The position numbers and the translations under genes were made by a program. Shown here piece after piece: positions 51,256 to 64,000 of a DNA stretch of 64,000 bases. Origin of the DNA: Octopus sinensis (Eukaryota); the NCBI RefSeq assembly GCF_006345805.1, contig NC_042997.1, forward strand, positions 8,990,001 to 9,054,000, written 5' to 3'. The notes beneath the pieces were generated by a model. That model was given only the letters and a program-made list of their open reading frames with translations. It ran no database searches and was not told the DNA's origin. The stretch's first letter is position 1; each line of letters opens with the position of its first letter.

Positions 51256-54200
51256 CCCTCACTTGCCTAAATTAGCTCTCAAGCTTCTTTTGGAAGATTC
51301 TGAAATCTTCAGCTATGAACAAATAACACAGGAGGGAAGTATAGAGGGTGCATAATCAGGAACATCGGATGCTTTAATCAATGCATGTGTATGTTCAAAT
51401 TTTATAGGGATATCTTCTTTTAGCTGTAATGTGTTATAATGCTGGGTTTTTTTTTATATTTATTCTCTGTAAATTCTTGAGCCATTCTTTTTTGCATGAT
51501 TTATAAATGTTTAATTCATTCTTTATATATTGCATATTTTCTTTTCACTTCTTCTCTCATCTTTAAATAATTTCTTCCTTCCACCCTGTTCATCTTTGTA
51601 AGCACCCTGGTTAATGTTTCCTTGCTTTTTTCAGTATCTCTTTGAGCCATTGCAGCTAATAATGAACAGATTACCATTATTGTTATTATTGTTGTTGTTG
51701 TCATCTTCATCGCCATCGTTGTTTTTGTAATGTTGTTGTTAAACAAAACATTATTACATAAAGAAAGTGTTGTTTTTTTATTCTTATTCCTATTCTTGTA
51801 CATACATCAATCCTAGCTTAAAACTCAATTTGGCAACGAAACACTTGCAGAATATGTCCCTCTGCTAAGTACTTTGGTTTTAACTCATAATCTCTATATA
51901 GCAAGATTAAATGAATTTTAATGCATAGGATTATAAGTGTTCCTTTGGTTTTTACAGAGGAAAGCTTTAAACTACCCATTACACATGTGTAAAGAAATCT
52001 GTTGATTGTGTTTATGAACATTCAGAGTATAGTAACTGTACTCTTAAATCCTTATTGTGACATCATACTGGTATGTTGGTGCATATTAATCTATGAAGAT
52101 ATGATGATCTGAATTGATGCAAAATTCTAATCTGCATAGACTGGAATACAATGCTGACTTGCTATTGGTTAATCAAAATTGAAGTTGTAACGTATAACAT
52201 GAAAGCAAGCTATCTTCTTCACTTCATAACTGCTCAAATTTGATGCAGCAATCTAAATTTATATCATAAGGGTTTAATGGGATAGTAATTAAGTATAACA
52301 CTACATATATTTGAATAAATTATTGTAAGGTATCTCTAATAGTTTACTGGGCAGTATTTAGACACATTGGGACTTCTGGCACATATATGGCAAGCTTTTG
52401 AGTTTCAAAACTGCAAACATTTTAAGCTAGAACAACAAAGACTGAGCCTGATATAATTTGCATGTGTAATTTTATCAGCTTTGACAACAAAGTCGTTGCA
52501 GGTAAAGCTCCCTGTTTTTAGTCAAATAGAAAATAAATAATGGCCATATTTCCTGGAGTTGTAAAACAAGAAATTGGAAAGCATGGTTATTGTTGAAAAG
52601 AGGAAGAGGAGATTTTAACTGTACTTAGAATAAAAATATCTTTTACATTCATAATATTTTTGTTATATTTTAGTTATTTTGTGTATTAACAAAATATTCT
52701 CAGCCTAGATCAGAAGGCAATAATATAGAGGCTTTGAAAGCTTTGTTCATAATATACAGAGAGATGTTTCATTTTTTTGATAACCAAGGGTGATGACAAT
52801 AATAAAGTAATGATGATGATTATTATTATTATTATTATGATGAGGGTGAAGATGATGAATGAACCAACACCTTAACAAATTCTAGTTGTTTACAGCTAAC
52901 TTAATCTTGCATTTCTTTCTCCCTTTGCTTAATTTAAAATTCTTGTTTTCCCTCACTCCTATTATCTTTTATTTTCGGCATGGAGATAAAGTGATATGAA
53001 ACCAGATTCTTTTAAGATTTCCCATTAACATTCAAACACCATCTCCAACATCGCTCCACTGAAATAAACCATACACACACACACATACACATATATAATA
53101 GACCCTTAACTTCACCCTTCTTCAATTTTTTTTTTTTTGCTTTGTGACTTGTTTTATTATTCTGTTTGACTAAATATCTTCTTCCCTCAAAATATAGAAT
53201 AAAAAATGTGAAGAAGAATTAAACACATTTTATAACACAAAATTCTCCTAAAATATTCAAAAACACAAAATGATTTTCTCCCTCCAATATTGATTTTCTC
53301 TATACAATCTAGAAAGCCATATTTATGACTATCTTGGTGGAATAGTTGAAGGAATATCCACCACTCTATAAGTTTCAAGCCTGTTGCTAATTGTAACTCT
53401 CCAAACACTTTGTCATTTCCCTTTATGCAATACTCTATTGATTCCTGTTAAATCACTTTAAAGTGGAAAAAAACAAGTTTAAACAAAAACCTATTGTGTG
53501 CAAATTTATTGTATTTAAGCTGTGCCAAATCTATTCTATTTTTCCAATTTTACATTTAAGGTATTCTATTTATATTTATATAAAATTTTATTTATGCATT
53601 TATGAAATACTCTTCTTGTTCTTTAACATAACAATTTAATAACACAACAGATATGTATACACTAAGATTAGATCCAGTGTTTTATTCTATTACATATGCT
53701 ATATACACGTTGTTGGCAAAACTCTAAAACAACCTTCATCGCTGCCTCTTTTATTATTTTCATTTTGTTTTGGTTGCTTGTTATCTAATTTGAAGAAGAA
53801 CTATATTCACAATCTTTGTATGGCTTCTTCAGTGCTGGCTGGAATCCTTATGGTTGTTTATTCCTTGTTTCACATCATTCTAGCACTAATATAACCAAAT
53901 ATCTCTCAGCATGATTGTATGAAAGGATCAGAGATTTTATCATAAAACAAATTCTTTAGATGCTCATTCCCTTCCTTCTTATGGTAAATACATAAAGCCA
54001 TTCAATTTTTGCAATTATAGAATCCTAATATAATATTCAACTTTAAAGCTCAATTCTCTTTCTCCTTTTACATGTAGAAACATGTACTCCACTAAATACT
54101 GGCTAATGTTAATTCTTGCAACTTCAATGAGTTATATTACATCTTCATAAATATTTAGAGTTATGAACGCTTAAATATGAATACAATGCAGTGCTACTGG

Positions 54201-54259
54201 CAGTGTAAACATGTTTTGCTTCATTACTTTGTTTTTTCCTTTTCTTTTTTTACAGGAAC

Positions 54260-54920
54260 ACCACCTCATCCCATGTCTTCCTGGAGGAGAGGTAGACCCA
54301 GGAAGACATGGGATGAGGTGGTCAAGCATGACTTTCGAACGTTGGGCCTCACAGAGGCAATGACGAAAGACTGAGATCTCTGGAGATATGCTGTGAGTGC
54401 AAAGACCCGACAAATAATGTGAGTTCATGGCTGTTTCCTGCACCAGTTTTGCAGAGCCCCAGCATATCCAAAGTACGTTGGATTGCAGAACGACCTGCTG
54501 TGCTTACCTTGGATCGAAGGGTGACCTGCTGTGCTTGAGGAGACCTATTGAGTCCAGTTCACCAACATCAAAATAAATATCAAATGGAATTGTAGTTGTG
54601 ATACCTATGCCAGTGGCATGTAAAAAGCACCATCTGAACGTGGCCGATGCCTTGACTGGCCCCTGTGCCGGGGGCACGTAAAAAGCACCAACCGATCGTG
54701 GCTGCTGCCAGCCTCTCCTGGCATGTAAAAAGCACCCACTACACTCACAAAGTGGTTGGCACTAGGAAGGGCATCCAGCTGTAGAAACACTGCCAGATCA
54801 GACTGCAGCCTGGTATAGCCTCCTGGCTTCCCAGACCCCGGTCAAACCGTCCAACCCGTGCTAACACGGAAAACAGACGTTAAACGATGATTATGAGGAT
54901 GATGATGATGATGATGATGA
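54260..54920 (+). mobile_element. 5'-truncated RTE LINE (ORF end plus full 3' UTR) with fold-back at the 5' junction
   Basis: RRGRPRKTWDEVVKHDFRTLGLTEAMTKD; 3' UTR units; (GAT)n tail. Confidence 0.9.
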
Positions 54921-55350
54921 TTTCTAGTGAAAGAATGACTATAGTTAAAAAGATCATTTTGCAAATATGAGGTCTCATTCAGTCCCACTGTATTGTACTA
55001 TAGCAGTTTCTACAACAGATTCAAGATGACCAATGTCTAGATAGTGAAACAGGTAGATAGAAACTGTATGGAAGGCTGTCACCCCCCCCCACACACACAC
55101 ATACACTTATACACCAACCAATTATTCTCATTATCATAATCATCATTGTTGCTTTCTTGGTTGTGCTTATGTAAGGTTAGTTACTCAGTTATAGAGTCAT
55201 CATTGTATATTTCGTGATTGTCCTGATGGCATATAACAATGCTGTGATCTCAGTTATGCATTAAATTTACCTCAATCCTTCTATTTGTCAGCTAGCCATT
55301 AAAAGCAGAGAAAATATTGTTAGTATTGCAACTCTTTAAAAAAAATGCAT

Positions 55351-55716
55351 TGGTGCAGAGTGGTTGCATGGTAAGGAACTTGCTTCCCAACCACATGGTT
55401 CTGGGTTGAGTCCCATTGTATGGCACCTGGGCAAGTGTCTTCCACTATAGCCTCAGATCAACCAAAGCTATGTGAGCGGATTTGGTAGATGGAAACTGAA
55501 AGAAGCCCATCTTGTGTGTGTGTGTGTGTGTATTTGTGTGTGTGTCTGTTTGTCTCCCTACATTGCTTGACAGCCGATGTTGGTGTGTTTACAACCCATA
55601 ACTTAGCAGTTCAGCAAAAGAGAACAATAGAATAAGTACTAAGCTTACAAAGAATACGTCCTGGGGTCAATTTGTTTAACTAAAGATGGTGTTGCAGCAA
55701 GTAAAAGAGTAAAAGA
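55351..55716 (+). mobile_element. SINE family A
   Basis: Family match. Confidence 0.85.
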
Positions 55717-57060
55717 GTTGATGATCCGAGGTACACTGGACAATTAGCGTGAATCACCATTAGTAATAATATAAACAATATGATAAACGCAAAAAAAAAA
55801 CTATTTAGAATAGTAACTTCCTTACTATTGATAAGAACTTCTTTATTTTTTTTTTAGTATTTAGTTCTGATTCTATTCATTTCAGGTCATATTTCTTTAA
55901 TAGGATTTTCAAATCTTAAAAACTTCTTTGTTACCTTTGCAACAACAAAAATCATTTGTACAATCAATCAATCCCTTTTAAGCACTGAAGGAGATTTTAA
56001 GCACTAGCAAGATCAGTTCCACAAACAACCTGTTATTTCAACACTGCATTTAATAAATCAGCCTGTAGAGCAGCCTATTCCTACACATGCCTATCCTATA
56101 ATATTTCATGTACTGCACCTAAATTAAAAATATCTGATCAAACTATAAAACCTTTAATCTTTCCTAATTAAGAATTTCTTCTCATTATCCTCTGGAACTG
56201 ATAATATTTAATTAACATTTAAATTGTCATTTTCACATGGCATGTTATTGGTTTTCATTTCAACCCAAAATTGTTCTGAAATAAATTATGATATCCAACT
56301 ATATAGTTTTCTCATATATATATATATTTATATATATATATACTTTTTTTTGTTATCTAAATTTGACAAATTTATGATAAACCACATGGAATTAGCATAT
56401 CCAATGAATTTGATTAAAATTCAAAACTTTTGGACCCAGTTGTTTCTCAGATGGGTAATCATTTAGAAATAAAAATCTTTAAAACTATCTAAATGGATTA
56501 AGCTATGTCAGATTGTAAAATTCCTCATAAAAACACATCTTGTAAAATCTGATTCATTAATTCAATGACAGAACCCTAAGATATATTAGGAATATGGTAA
56601 TTCAAGCTCAACTTGTCAAACTGACACATGTCAGATAAATAAAAAAAATTTTAACTTTTTTTCAAAGATCTGCTAATACTCTTTAGCTTTTGAAAATTAA
56701 ATTAATACATGTATGCAAATGATTTACCAAATATGGATAATGTTTCAATTAATGCCTGATGCAAATATTCATCATTAGTTGATGTGTAAGGATAAATTGA
56801 AGGCCGGAAAATTTAATGCTAAATTATTGCCTATGAATTGATGGCAAAGGTATAGCCATGGAGTATTTAGCATCATATCTGAAATTCTCTGGTGTTATAT
56901 ATCATTGGAATGCATTTGGAGTTTAAGTGTCTTTATGGCAGGAAAAACTAATATTCTTGGCTTGAGATTATTGACTGTGTTCCTTATTTCTATCAATTGC
57001 ATATATGCATAAAATAAATGCATTTATAGGTATGGGGATTTTATTATTATTATCATTATC

Positions 57061-59150
57061 TTTTTTTTTTCTTCTTTCAAATTTGCTTCCATTTCTTGCC
57101 GAGTGTCTTCCCGACTCCTAGGGCAAAGAAACTCATTGTATACATTGGTAGGCCATTAAACTAAACTCACTAGTTCGTTCATTTTTTTCTTTAAATTTAA
57201 TTAAAATACATGGGTAGTAATAGTTCTCACATCGACAATGCTCTTCTCAATACGTGTGATGTACCAGTTAAAACAATCTTTTGCACTTCTTGCAGGGATG
57301 GTAAGCCAGGGATCATTCTCATATAATTTTCGGTTCCCTTCTTGATCATTCCTAGTGCTCCTACGATCACTGGTATTGTAACCGCCTTGAGATGCCACAT
57401 TTTCTCAATTTCAATGAGTAGGTCTTTATATTTTCTGAGCTTGTCAAACTCTTTCGCCGAGATATTATGATCACAGGAGATGCCCATGTCGATCAATAAG
57501 CAAACTTTATTGTTTTGGTCTTTCACAACAATATCTGGTTTATTGGCTTTGATGGTTTGGTCTGTATGTACTGGAAAGTCCCACAGAATCGTTACATTTT
57601 CTCCTTCAGTTACAGCTTCAGGGTGGTGATTATACCACTTGTCGGCAGTTTTGATATTGTAATGCCGACTTATTAGCCAGTGTAGATTTTGGCCAACTCT
57701 GTCATGTCTTAATTTATACTCCACTGGTGCTAAGACTTTACATCCAGAGATTAGGTGGTCCACTGTTTCAATCATGTCGTTGCAGAATTGGCATTTTGGG
57801 TCTGCTCCATTTTTCCTCACATTGGCCTGGTAGTTCCAGGTTAATAGGCTTTGATCTTGAGCAGCCAGGATGAAACCTTCGGTCTCTGCTTTTAGCCCTG
57901 AGCTCCGTAGCCACTGATAGGTTTGCTTCTGGTCAACATCAGCTTGTTTGCTAAGGGCCACATATTTGCCGTGCAGAGGTTTCTCCTCCCACCTATCAGC
58001 CAATTGCTCGTGCGCTTTTTTCGTTGCCATTATTTTCACCCTCTTTGCAACAATAGTTGCCGTATTTCCCTCGGGTTGTTCAGTTTGGTTATCCTGCACG
58101 AGATCAATAGCAAATTTTTTGCTTTCCTTTATGATAGAATGAAGCTTCTTTCGTCTCTCGTGATTTTCCACGAGCTTTAGCATCCAGTCATTCGTTATTT
58201 CAAGATATTTGGCCAGTCCAATTGTGGTTGTTTTGTAAGCTAGTTCAAATTGGATCAGGCCTCAACCTCCTTGGGCTCTGGGAAGGTAAAGGCGATCTAC
58301 GTCTGCCTTTGGGTGGTGCATCCTATTACAACTCAGCAGCTTGCGTATTTTCCTATCTATATTCTTTACTTCACTCATATTCCAGTTCAACATATTGTAG
58401 CTATAAGTAACAACTGGAACTGCTAAGGAATTTATAGCTAGCACCTTGTTACGTGCATTTAGTTCAGATTTCAGGACTGCACGAACTCTCCTATAACATT
58501 CCTTCCTGATCTTCTCTTTCATGCTTGCATGCTGAATACCAGAACCTTCATTTATCCCTAAATATTTGTATGTTTGTTCTTGCTCAAGCTCTCTTATGAC
58601 TGTGTCAACATCTAACACGACTGAATTTGTAGTCTTCACTTTCCCTTTCTGGAAAGTGGCCTTGGCACACTTCTCAAGCCCAAACTCTATCCCGATGTCA
58701 TCGTTGAATGCTTTCACAGTGCGCAATAGGCCTTCAAGTTCATTATCGTCTTTACCATAGAGTTTTAAGTCATCCATATAAAATAGATGGCTTATTTTTT
58801 TATTGGCAATTTTATACCCATACCCTGTTCTGTTTAATTCACTTGTAAGGGGTATTGGGGCTATGCAGAATATTAAAGGTGGAAGTGAGTCACCTTGAAA
58901 AATTCCACGGTTGATGTTTATATTTTCTGAGGCAAGTACTCCATTAGAGTGGTATAATTGGAGATTCATATTCCACAACGACATATTGTGCTTCAGGAAG
59001 CTTGGAATCACAGGGGAAATTTTGAAGATGTCCAGCGATCTCAAGATCCATGGATGCGGTATACTGTCGAAGGCCTTTTTATAGTCAATCCATGCAGAGC
59101 TGAGATTTCTGCGCTTGTTGTGACAGTTCTCAAGGATCATACGATTAATG
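57061..59150 (-). mobile_element. 5'-truncated R4/Dong-like RLE non-LTR retrotransposon (copy E)
   Basis: RT motifs WIDYKKAFDS, GIFQGDSL, FYMDDLKLY; CQFC..ETVDHLISGC knuckle; RHDRV; KPDIVVKD..LIDM..KLRKY nuclease; poly(A) at 57061-57070; (AAT)n on both sides. Confidence 0.95.
57227..59150 (-). pseudogene. RT-RLE polyprotein reading frame, single frame with one premature stop at 58262-58264
   Basis: Track ORFs 58262..59197 and 57227..58183 are in frame (78 nt apart); GG*GL replaces the expected GGRGL; the poly-Ile start of the track ORF is the microsatellite. Confidence 0.9.
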
Positions 59151-59197
59151 ATCATTATCATTATTATTATTATAATTATTATTATTATTATTATCAT

Positions 59198-59511
59198 TGA
59201 GTGAGATAGCAGTGCATGCCATCAAAGTGACACTGGGGTAAAATATACGAAGCCCGTCTGATAAGGGCACACCAGGCACATGCATCACAACCATATGTGC
59301 ATGACATGGTGATCTCATATCAAGATAAACAGCGCATGACCTTGCAGGTGGGGCCCAGTTAGAATTTTCTTCTGGTCGAGTAGCCCATACCACTCAAAAG
59401 GTCCCTGGTCAAGGATTGTTTAATGATGTTGAACGAACCACCCATGTTTCCAAAGGTGAATCATCCAAACCTCCAAAAATTCCTTTCAACACACAGCCAT
59501 GGTGCTCCCCC
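59198..59511 (-). mobile_element. Short non-coding retroposon with (AAT)n tail and no recognisable tRNA head
   Basis: Sharp boundaries against (AAT)n tracts on both sides; starts gggggagcaccatgg; no A/B boxes seen. Confidence 0.6.
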
Positions 59512-59518
59512 ATTATTA

Positions 59519-59552
<34 letters not shown>

Positions 59553-59583
59553 CATTATTATTATTATTATTACTATTATAGAC

Positions 59584-60028
59584 ATTGCACAGTATACAAT
59601 ATCGTGAGGTTGTTGATTGAAGATATTGTGTCTAGTGGGGGTTTTGTGCTGTTTGTCAAGTCACAACAAGGACTTCAGACATACAGTATTTATGTAATAT
59701 GCGTGCAGTTCCAAGTAATGTACCTCTTGCAATACATCTAGATTGTTGGGTATTTCAAAAGTTTTCAAATGTTTTTTTTCAGATTGGGTGCTATTGCATC
59801 CAATGCTCTGATGACAATAGAGATAACCCTTATGTTTAACTCTTGTAGCTGCAACATCTTAGCAATCTCATTTCTCAAGCCTCTTTCTTTCATGGTGATA
59901 TGTGGACTTCCTGGCACTGCCTCGTCAATTATTAGGCACTCTAGTTTGTCCCTCCTAAAGGTTACTATATCTGGCTTTCAGTGCTCTAATACCTTGTTTG
60001 TCTGGAAGTCAAAGTCCCAGAGTCTATA

Positions 60029-60101
<73 letters not shown>

Positions 60102-60445
60102 TAATAATGGGGGAGCACCATGGCTGTGTGTTGAAAGTCCCAGAGGATTTTTGTCTTCTCCTTTCCGTCCATTACCTTTTCCAGTGTGTGTTAGTACCAA
60201 GCACCCATAACCTCATATCCATACTTACGGCAGAGTAGCCAGTGAAAGTTTTGGGCTACCTTGTCATGTCTACACTTGTACTCTTTCTATGCAAGACTTT
60301 CACAGGCACTAGCAATGTGAGTCCTGCTTTTGACCCTCTTCCTACACATTTTGCAGAGGTCCATTGCACTTGTGTGGTATATATTCTTTTTTACTGAGCT
60401 GGAATTCAATGCCTGGTCCTGGGCCACGATGATCAGGCTTTCAAT
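59584..60445 (-). mobile_element. R4/Dong-like RLE retrotransposon 3' fragment (copy F)
   Basis: EYKCRHDKVAQ, KILWDF..DFQTNKVLEH*KPDI, LLGTARIL; the 3' end runs into (AAT)n at 59512-59578. Confidence 0.85.
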
Positions 60446-61717
60446 ATAATAATACAGGTGGATGATTTTACCTAGTATTTTAATATTTCAGGATTGAGAT
60501 TCCTTTATCAGAAAATCCTTGGGAAAAAGTTATTAGCTGACTTCTCAGTCCCGTAGTAGTGTGTATGTGTGTATGTGTGTGTGCATGCATGTGTGTGTGT
60601 ATGTGTGTGCATGCATGTGTGTGTGTGTGTGTGTGTGTGTGTCTGTGAAGAGTGGTTGTACATTGCTATAGTAACAAATCTGATCTGTTATAAATATGTG
60701 GTGTGCATTTCTTAATTAAAATAGTAACTTTTATTCTCAAGGTCCCGATGTTTCTTTCTGTAGCTTCATTGGAAATCTGGTTGTTTCTAGCGTTTCTGTA
60801 GAAGAAACATTAGCTTTCTTTAATCATATTCTTTCACAGAATGCCATGACATTGAAAGAGGCCCTAACAAAAACCATACAGCCAAGGATAACTTGTGCAT
60901 TTCAAAACTGCTAAATTTTAAAGAAAAAACAACTGCTGCAGTCTGCCATGTAATCCATATGGATGGGTTGAACATATGACTGGCCCACACCAGAACTTCT
61001 CTGAAGAGAGTCATAGCTGTAGCTATGCTATGTTTGTCTCAAATCTGATTAGAGTTTGAAAATATTTTCTGGTACATGGAGAGGCTATAGCTGAAATTGC
61101 CATAAGCTGAGATCCATTTTATTTGGTTGAAGCTGTTCCTGCATTCAGATCATGCGGCTGCACGAATGACAGTTACACCAAAAGTTAAGGTTGTGTTAAT
61201 CCTGTAAATGTGTCATGTGAGAGCAAGGATAATAATTGCACATTGTTTTCACATTAACATAAGGTTACAGGAAACTATAGACCAATGTTTCCAAATCATT
61301 TTTGTATTATTGACTGGTTCCATCTACAACAACATTTCCATGGATTGAGGCATCATGTACATGACAAAACACAATAAATTGGGTAATATATAATTTAATT
61401 AGTATATATATAATACACGTGGCATGGTGGTTAGGCATGTGGCATTGACAATTGTTAGATCATGGTCTCAGTTCCCAGACAGGCTGAGCATTGTGTTTTT
61501 GAGTAGAAAAATTTCATTTCTAGGCGTAGGAGTGGCTGTGTGTTAAGTAGCTTGCTTACCAACCACATGGTTCCAGGTTCAGTCCCACTGCGTGTCACCT
61601 TGGGCAAATGTCTTCTACTATAGCCTCGGGCTGACCAAAGCCTTGTGAGAGGATTTGGTAGATGGAAACTGAAAGAAGCCTGTCGTATATATGTATATAT
61701 ATATATATATTTATATA

Positions 61718-62974
61718 CAGGGTGGGGAAGCAAAATTTACAATGAACGTTAAGTTGTTCTTTCTCAGCAGGCACTAAGTCAATTGTTTTGAAACTTAGCA
61801 TATATTGATGTCATAATCATACCTAACACTATTATACTTACCTTTTCAGAAACTTTTGCCCATATGAGTAATCAGGAAAGCAAGCATCAAAGAGTGTGTG
61901 ATTTGCTGAATGCACTCGTCACACCAAATGAGATTTCAAGAATAGTTGGAGTGTCCATACAGATTGTTTATAATGTAAAGAATAGAATGATTATGAGCAA
62001 AACTATTATGAGGAAGTCTGGAAGTGGAGGAATCAACAAAAAACGTACCAAAGCTTTTATTAAAGCTCTAAAATCCAAAATCATAAAGGATCCAACCAAA
62101 TCCATGGGGAAAATGGCAATTGAGCTTGAGGTAGACAACAAGAACATTAGAAATGCTGTAAAATATGATTTGAGGTTAACATCTTACACAATAACACCAA
62201 AACACTTGTTGACAACCGCTATGAAAGAAAAGGGATTGGAAAGGTGCAAGAAAATTATTACATGGTTCAAGAAAAGGTCCTCCATTGTCGATGCTGTTCT
62301 GAACTGCAGAAAAAACAGATTTATTGCAAAATCAACAGCTGAGGTTAAGGGAACATTCAAAACAGAACATCCTGCTCAAGTTATGGCTTTTGATGTTGTG
62401 GCTTCTGATAGAAAGAAAATGCCTATAAAATTCTACAAAGCTGATGAAAAGATCAATGTTAATACTTACTACAAGACTCTGAGATACTAGGTATTGCCTT
62501 GGCTTAAAGCAGACTACCCAGTTGGTAATTATGTATGGACACAGGATGGTGTTCCAGCCCACACAGCTAGAAAAATACAAGCTTTCTGCAAATCCAACTT
62601 AAGCAATTTTTTGGAATTATGTTTATGGCCACCTTGTATCCCAGAGCTAAACCCTCTGAATTATGATATTTGGTGTGTTTTAGAACATGCTACCAATAGA
62701 ACATCACACAGCAATGTCGACGCTCTTAAAGATACTCTTAAAGAAGAATGGGAGAAGTTGTCTCCTGAATATTTGAGGAATGCCTGTGCAAGTTTCAGGA
62801 AGTGTGTGAAGGCAGTTATTGAGAAAGAAGGAGGACACATAGAATAAAAACAGTTTCTATTATGTAAATTTTCTTGTGGAAAATAAATTCTCATAACTTT
62901 CAATAAACTAATTGGTCATTCACTTTCTTTCAATCCCTGCCTCAAAATATTGTAAATTTTGCTTCCCCACCCTG
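61718..62974 (+). mobile_element. Tc1/mariner-superfamily transposon, DD37D (maT)-type, 1257 bp
   Basis: Perfect 26-bp TIR cagggtggggaagcaaaatttacaat; TA on both sides; 37 residues between QDG Asp and the PELNPLN(D>N) position. Confidence 0.92.
61864..62847 (+). pseudogene. Inactivated maT-type transposase
   Basis: One frame with a TAG at 62488-62490; first catalytic Asp motif absent; third Asp is Asn. Confidence 0.88.
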
Positions 62975-64000
62975 TATATATATATATATGTATGTGTGCA
63001 GAATCGTTAGCATGCCGGGCGAAATGCGTAGCCGTATTTCGTCTGTTGTTACGTTCCGAGTTCAAATTCCGCCGAGGTCGACTTTGCCTTTCATCCTTTC
63101 GGGGTCGATAAATTAAGTACCAGTTACACACTGGGGTCGATGTAATCGACTCAATCCCTTTGTCTGTCCTTGTTTGTCCCCTATATGTTTAGCCCCTTGT
63201 GGGTAGTAAAGAAATATATGTATGTGTGTGTATAAGTTTGTGTGTCTGTGTTTGTCTCCCAACATCGCTTGACAACCAATGCTGGTGTGTTTACATCCCC
63301 GTAACTTAGCGGTGCAGCAAAAGAGACTGATAGAATAAGTACTAGGCTTACAAAGAATAAGTTCTGGGGGCGATTTGCTCAACTAAAGGCAGTGCTCCAG
63401 CATGGCCACAGTCAAAAGACTGAAACAAGTAAAAGAGTAAAAGAGAGTAAAGAGTATTTCTCGTTGCTCCTGTCCGCTCAGCTGTAAATAGATACCCTGT
63501 GAGACACTTGCCTTCTGATAAGGAGGAAGGATGGTCTGCTTTCTAGCCAGTACGGTGGCATCATTTGAAAGCTAGAGATACAAAGCGCATTGTGATCAGC
63601 GATGTATACCAACAGCCAATATTATGGATGATCACATGATACATAATACATAGATAATGCATAAACATCTTACAGTCAATCAAGGTCCTTTGATATAGAC
63701 TTAATCAAACCAAAAGTTGAGGTTGTTTTAATCTAGTGAGTGTAGTTTTAGACAGTATGCACAATATTTAGTCGGAGCAGCTAAAAACAGAGAGAAAGAA
63801 AGAGAGAGAGAGACAGAGACAGAGACAGCAACAGACAGATAGACAAAGATTACTTGTGTGTGAGTGAGAGTAAGGTGAGTATCTGTATAAATGTACATGG
63901 AGGTGTATGGAAATGTAAAGTGCAATAACACACTCGTATATATTCAAAACTTTGATTGGTAATTGGCTTCGTTAGACTGACGAAACCAATCACCACCACC

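Larger units (their letters stand above)
61522..63454 (+). mobile_element. SINE family A split by a maT transposon and a SINE family E copy (62999-63214)
   Basis: 5' half 61522-61717 ends in (TA)n; 3' half resumes at about 63216. Confidence 0.85.

Overview
AT-rich eukaryotic genomic DNA, intronic or intergenic. It is most likely from a coleoid cephalopod (Octopus); this is inferred from recalled repeat content, not from a search. No host gene could be assigned. Almost every long ORF in the supplied track is an artefact of microsatellites or SINEs. The window is a layered transposon deposit: five tRNA-headed SINE families (labelled A-E here), many RTE-clade LINE 3' ends with (GAT)n tails, six pieces of R4/Dong-like RLE non-LTR retrotransposons (most abutting (AAT)n/(AAC)n tracts), a DD37D (maT-type) Tc1/mariner with perfect TIRs, a deleted mariner, hAT and piggyBac-type MITEs and a non-autonomous Helitron. 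The most notable observations are: (1) a tRNA-headed short element at 21823-22208 that carries a minimal type-I hammerhead-ribozyme fold and an inverted Penelope-style end, with a second TSD-flanked 3' fragment at 32613-33128; (2) a chain of microsatellite-embedded RLE elements at 57-60.4 kb, including a 5'-truncated copy whose ~640 codons are broken by only one stop; (3) a templated inverted insertion with a 12-bp target duplication at 60011-60145. All alignments and folds were done by eye.
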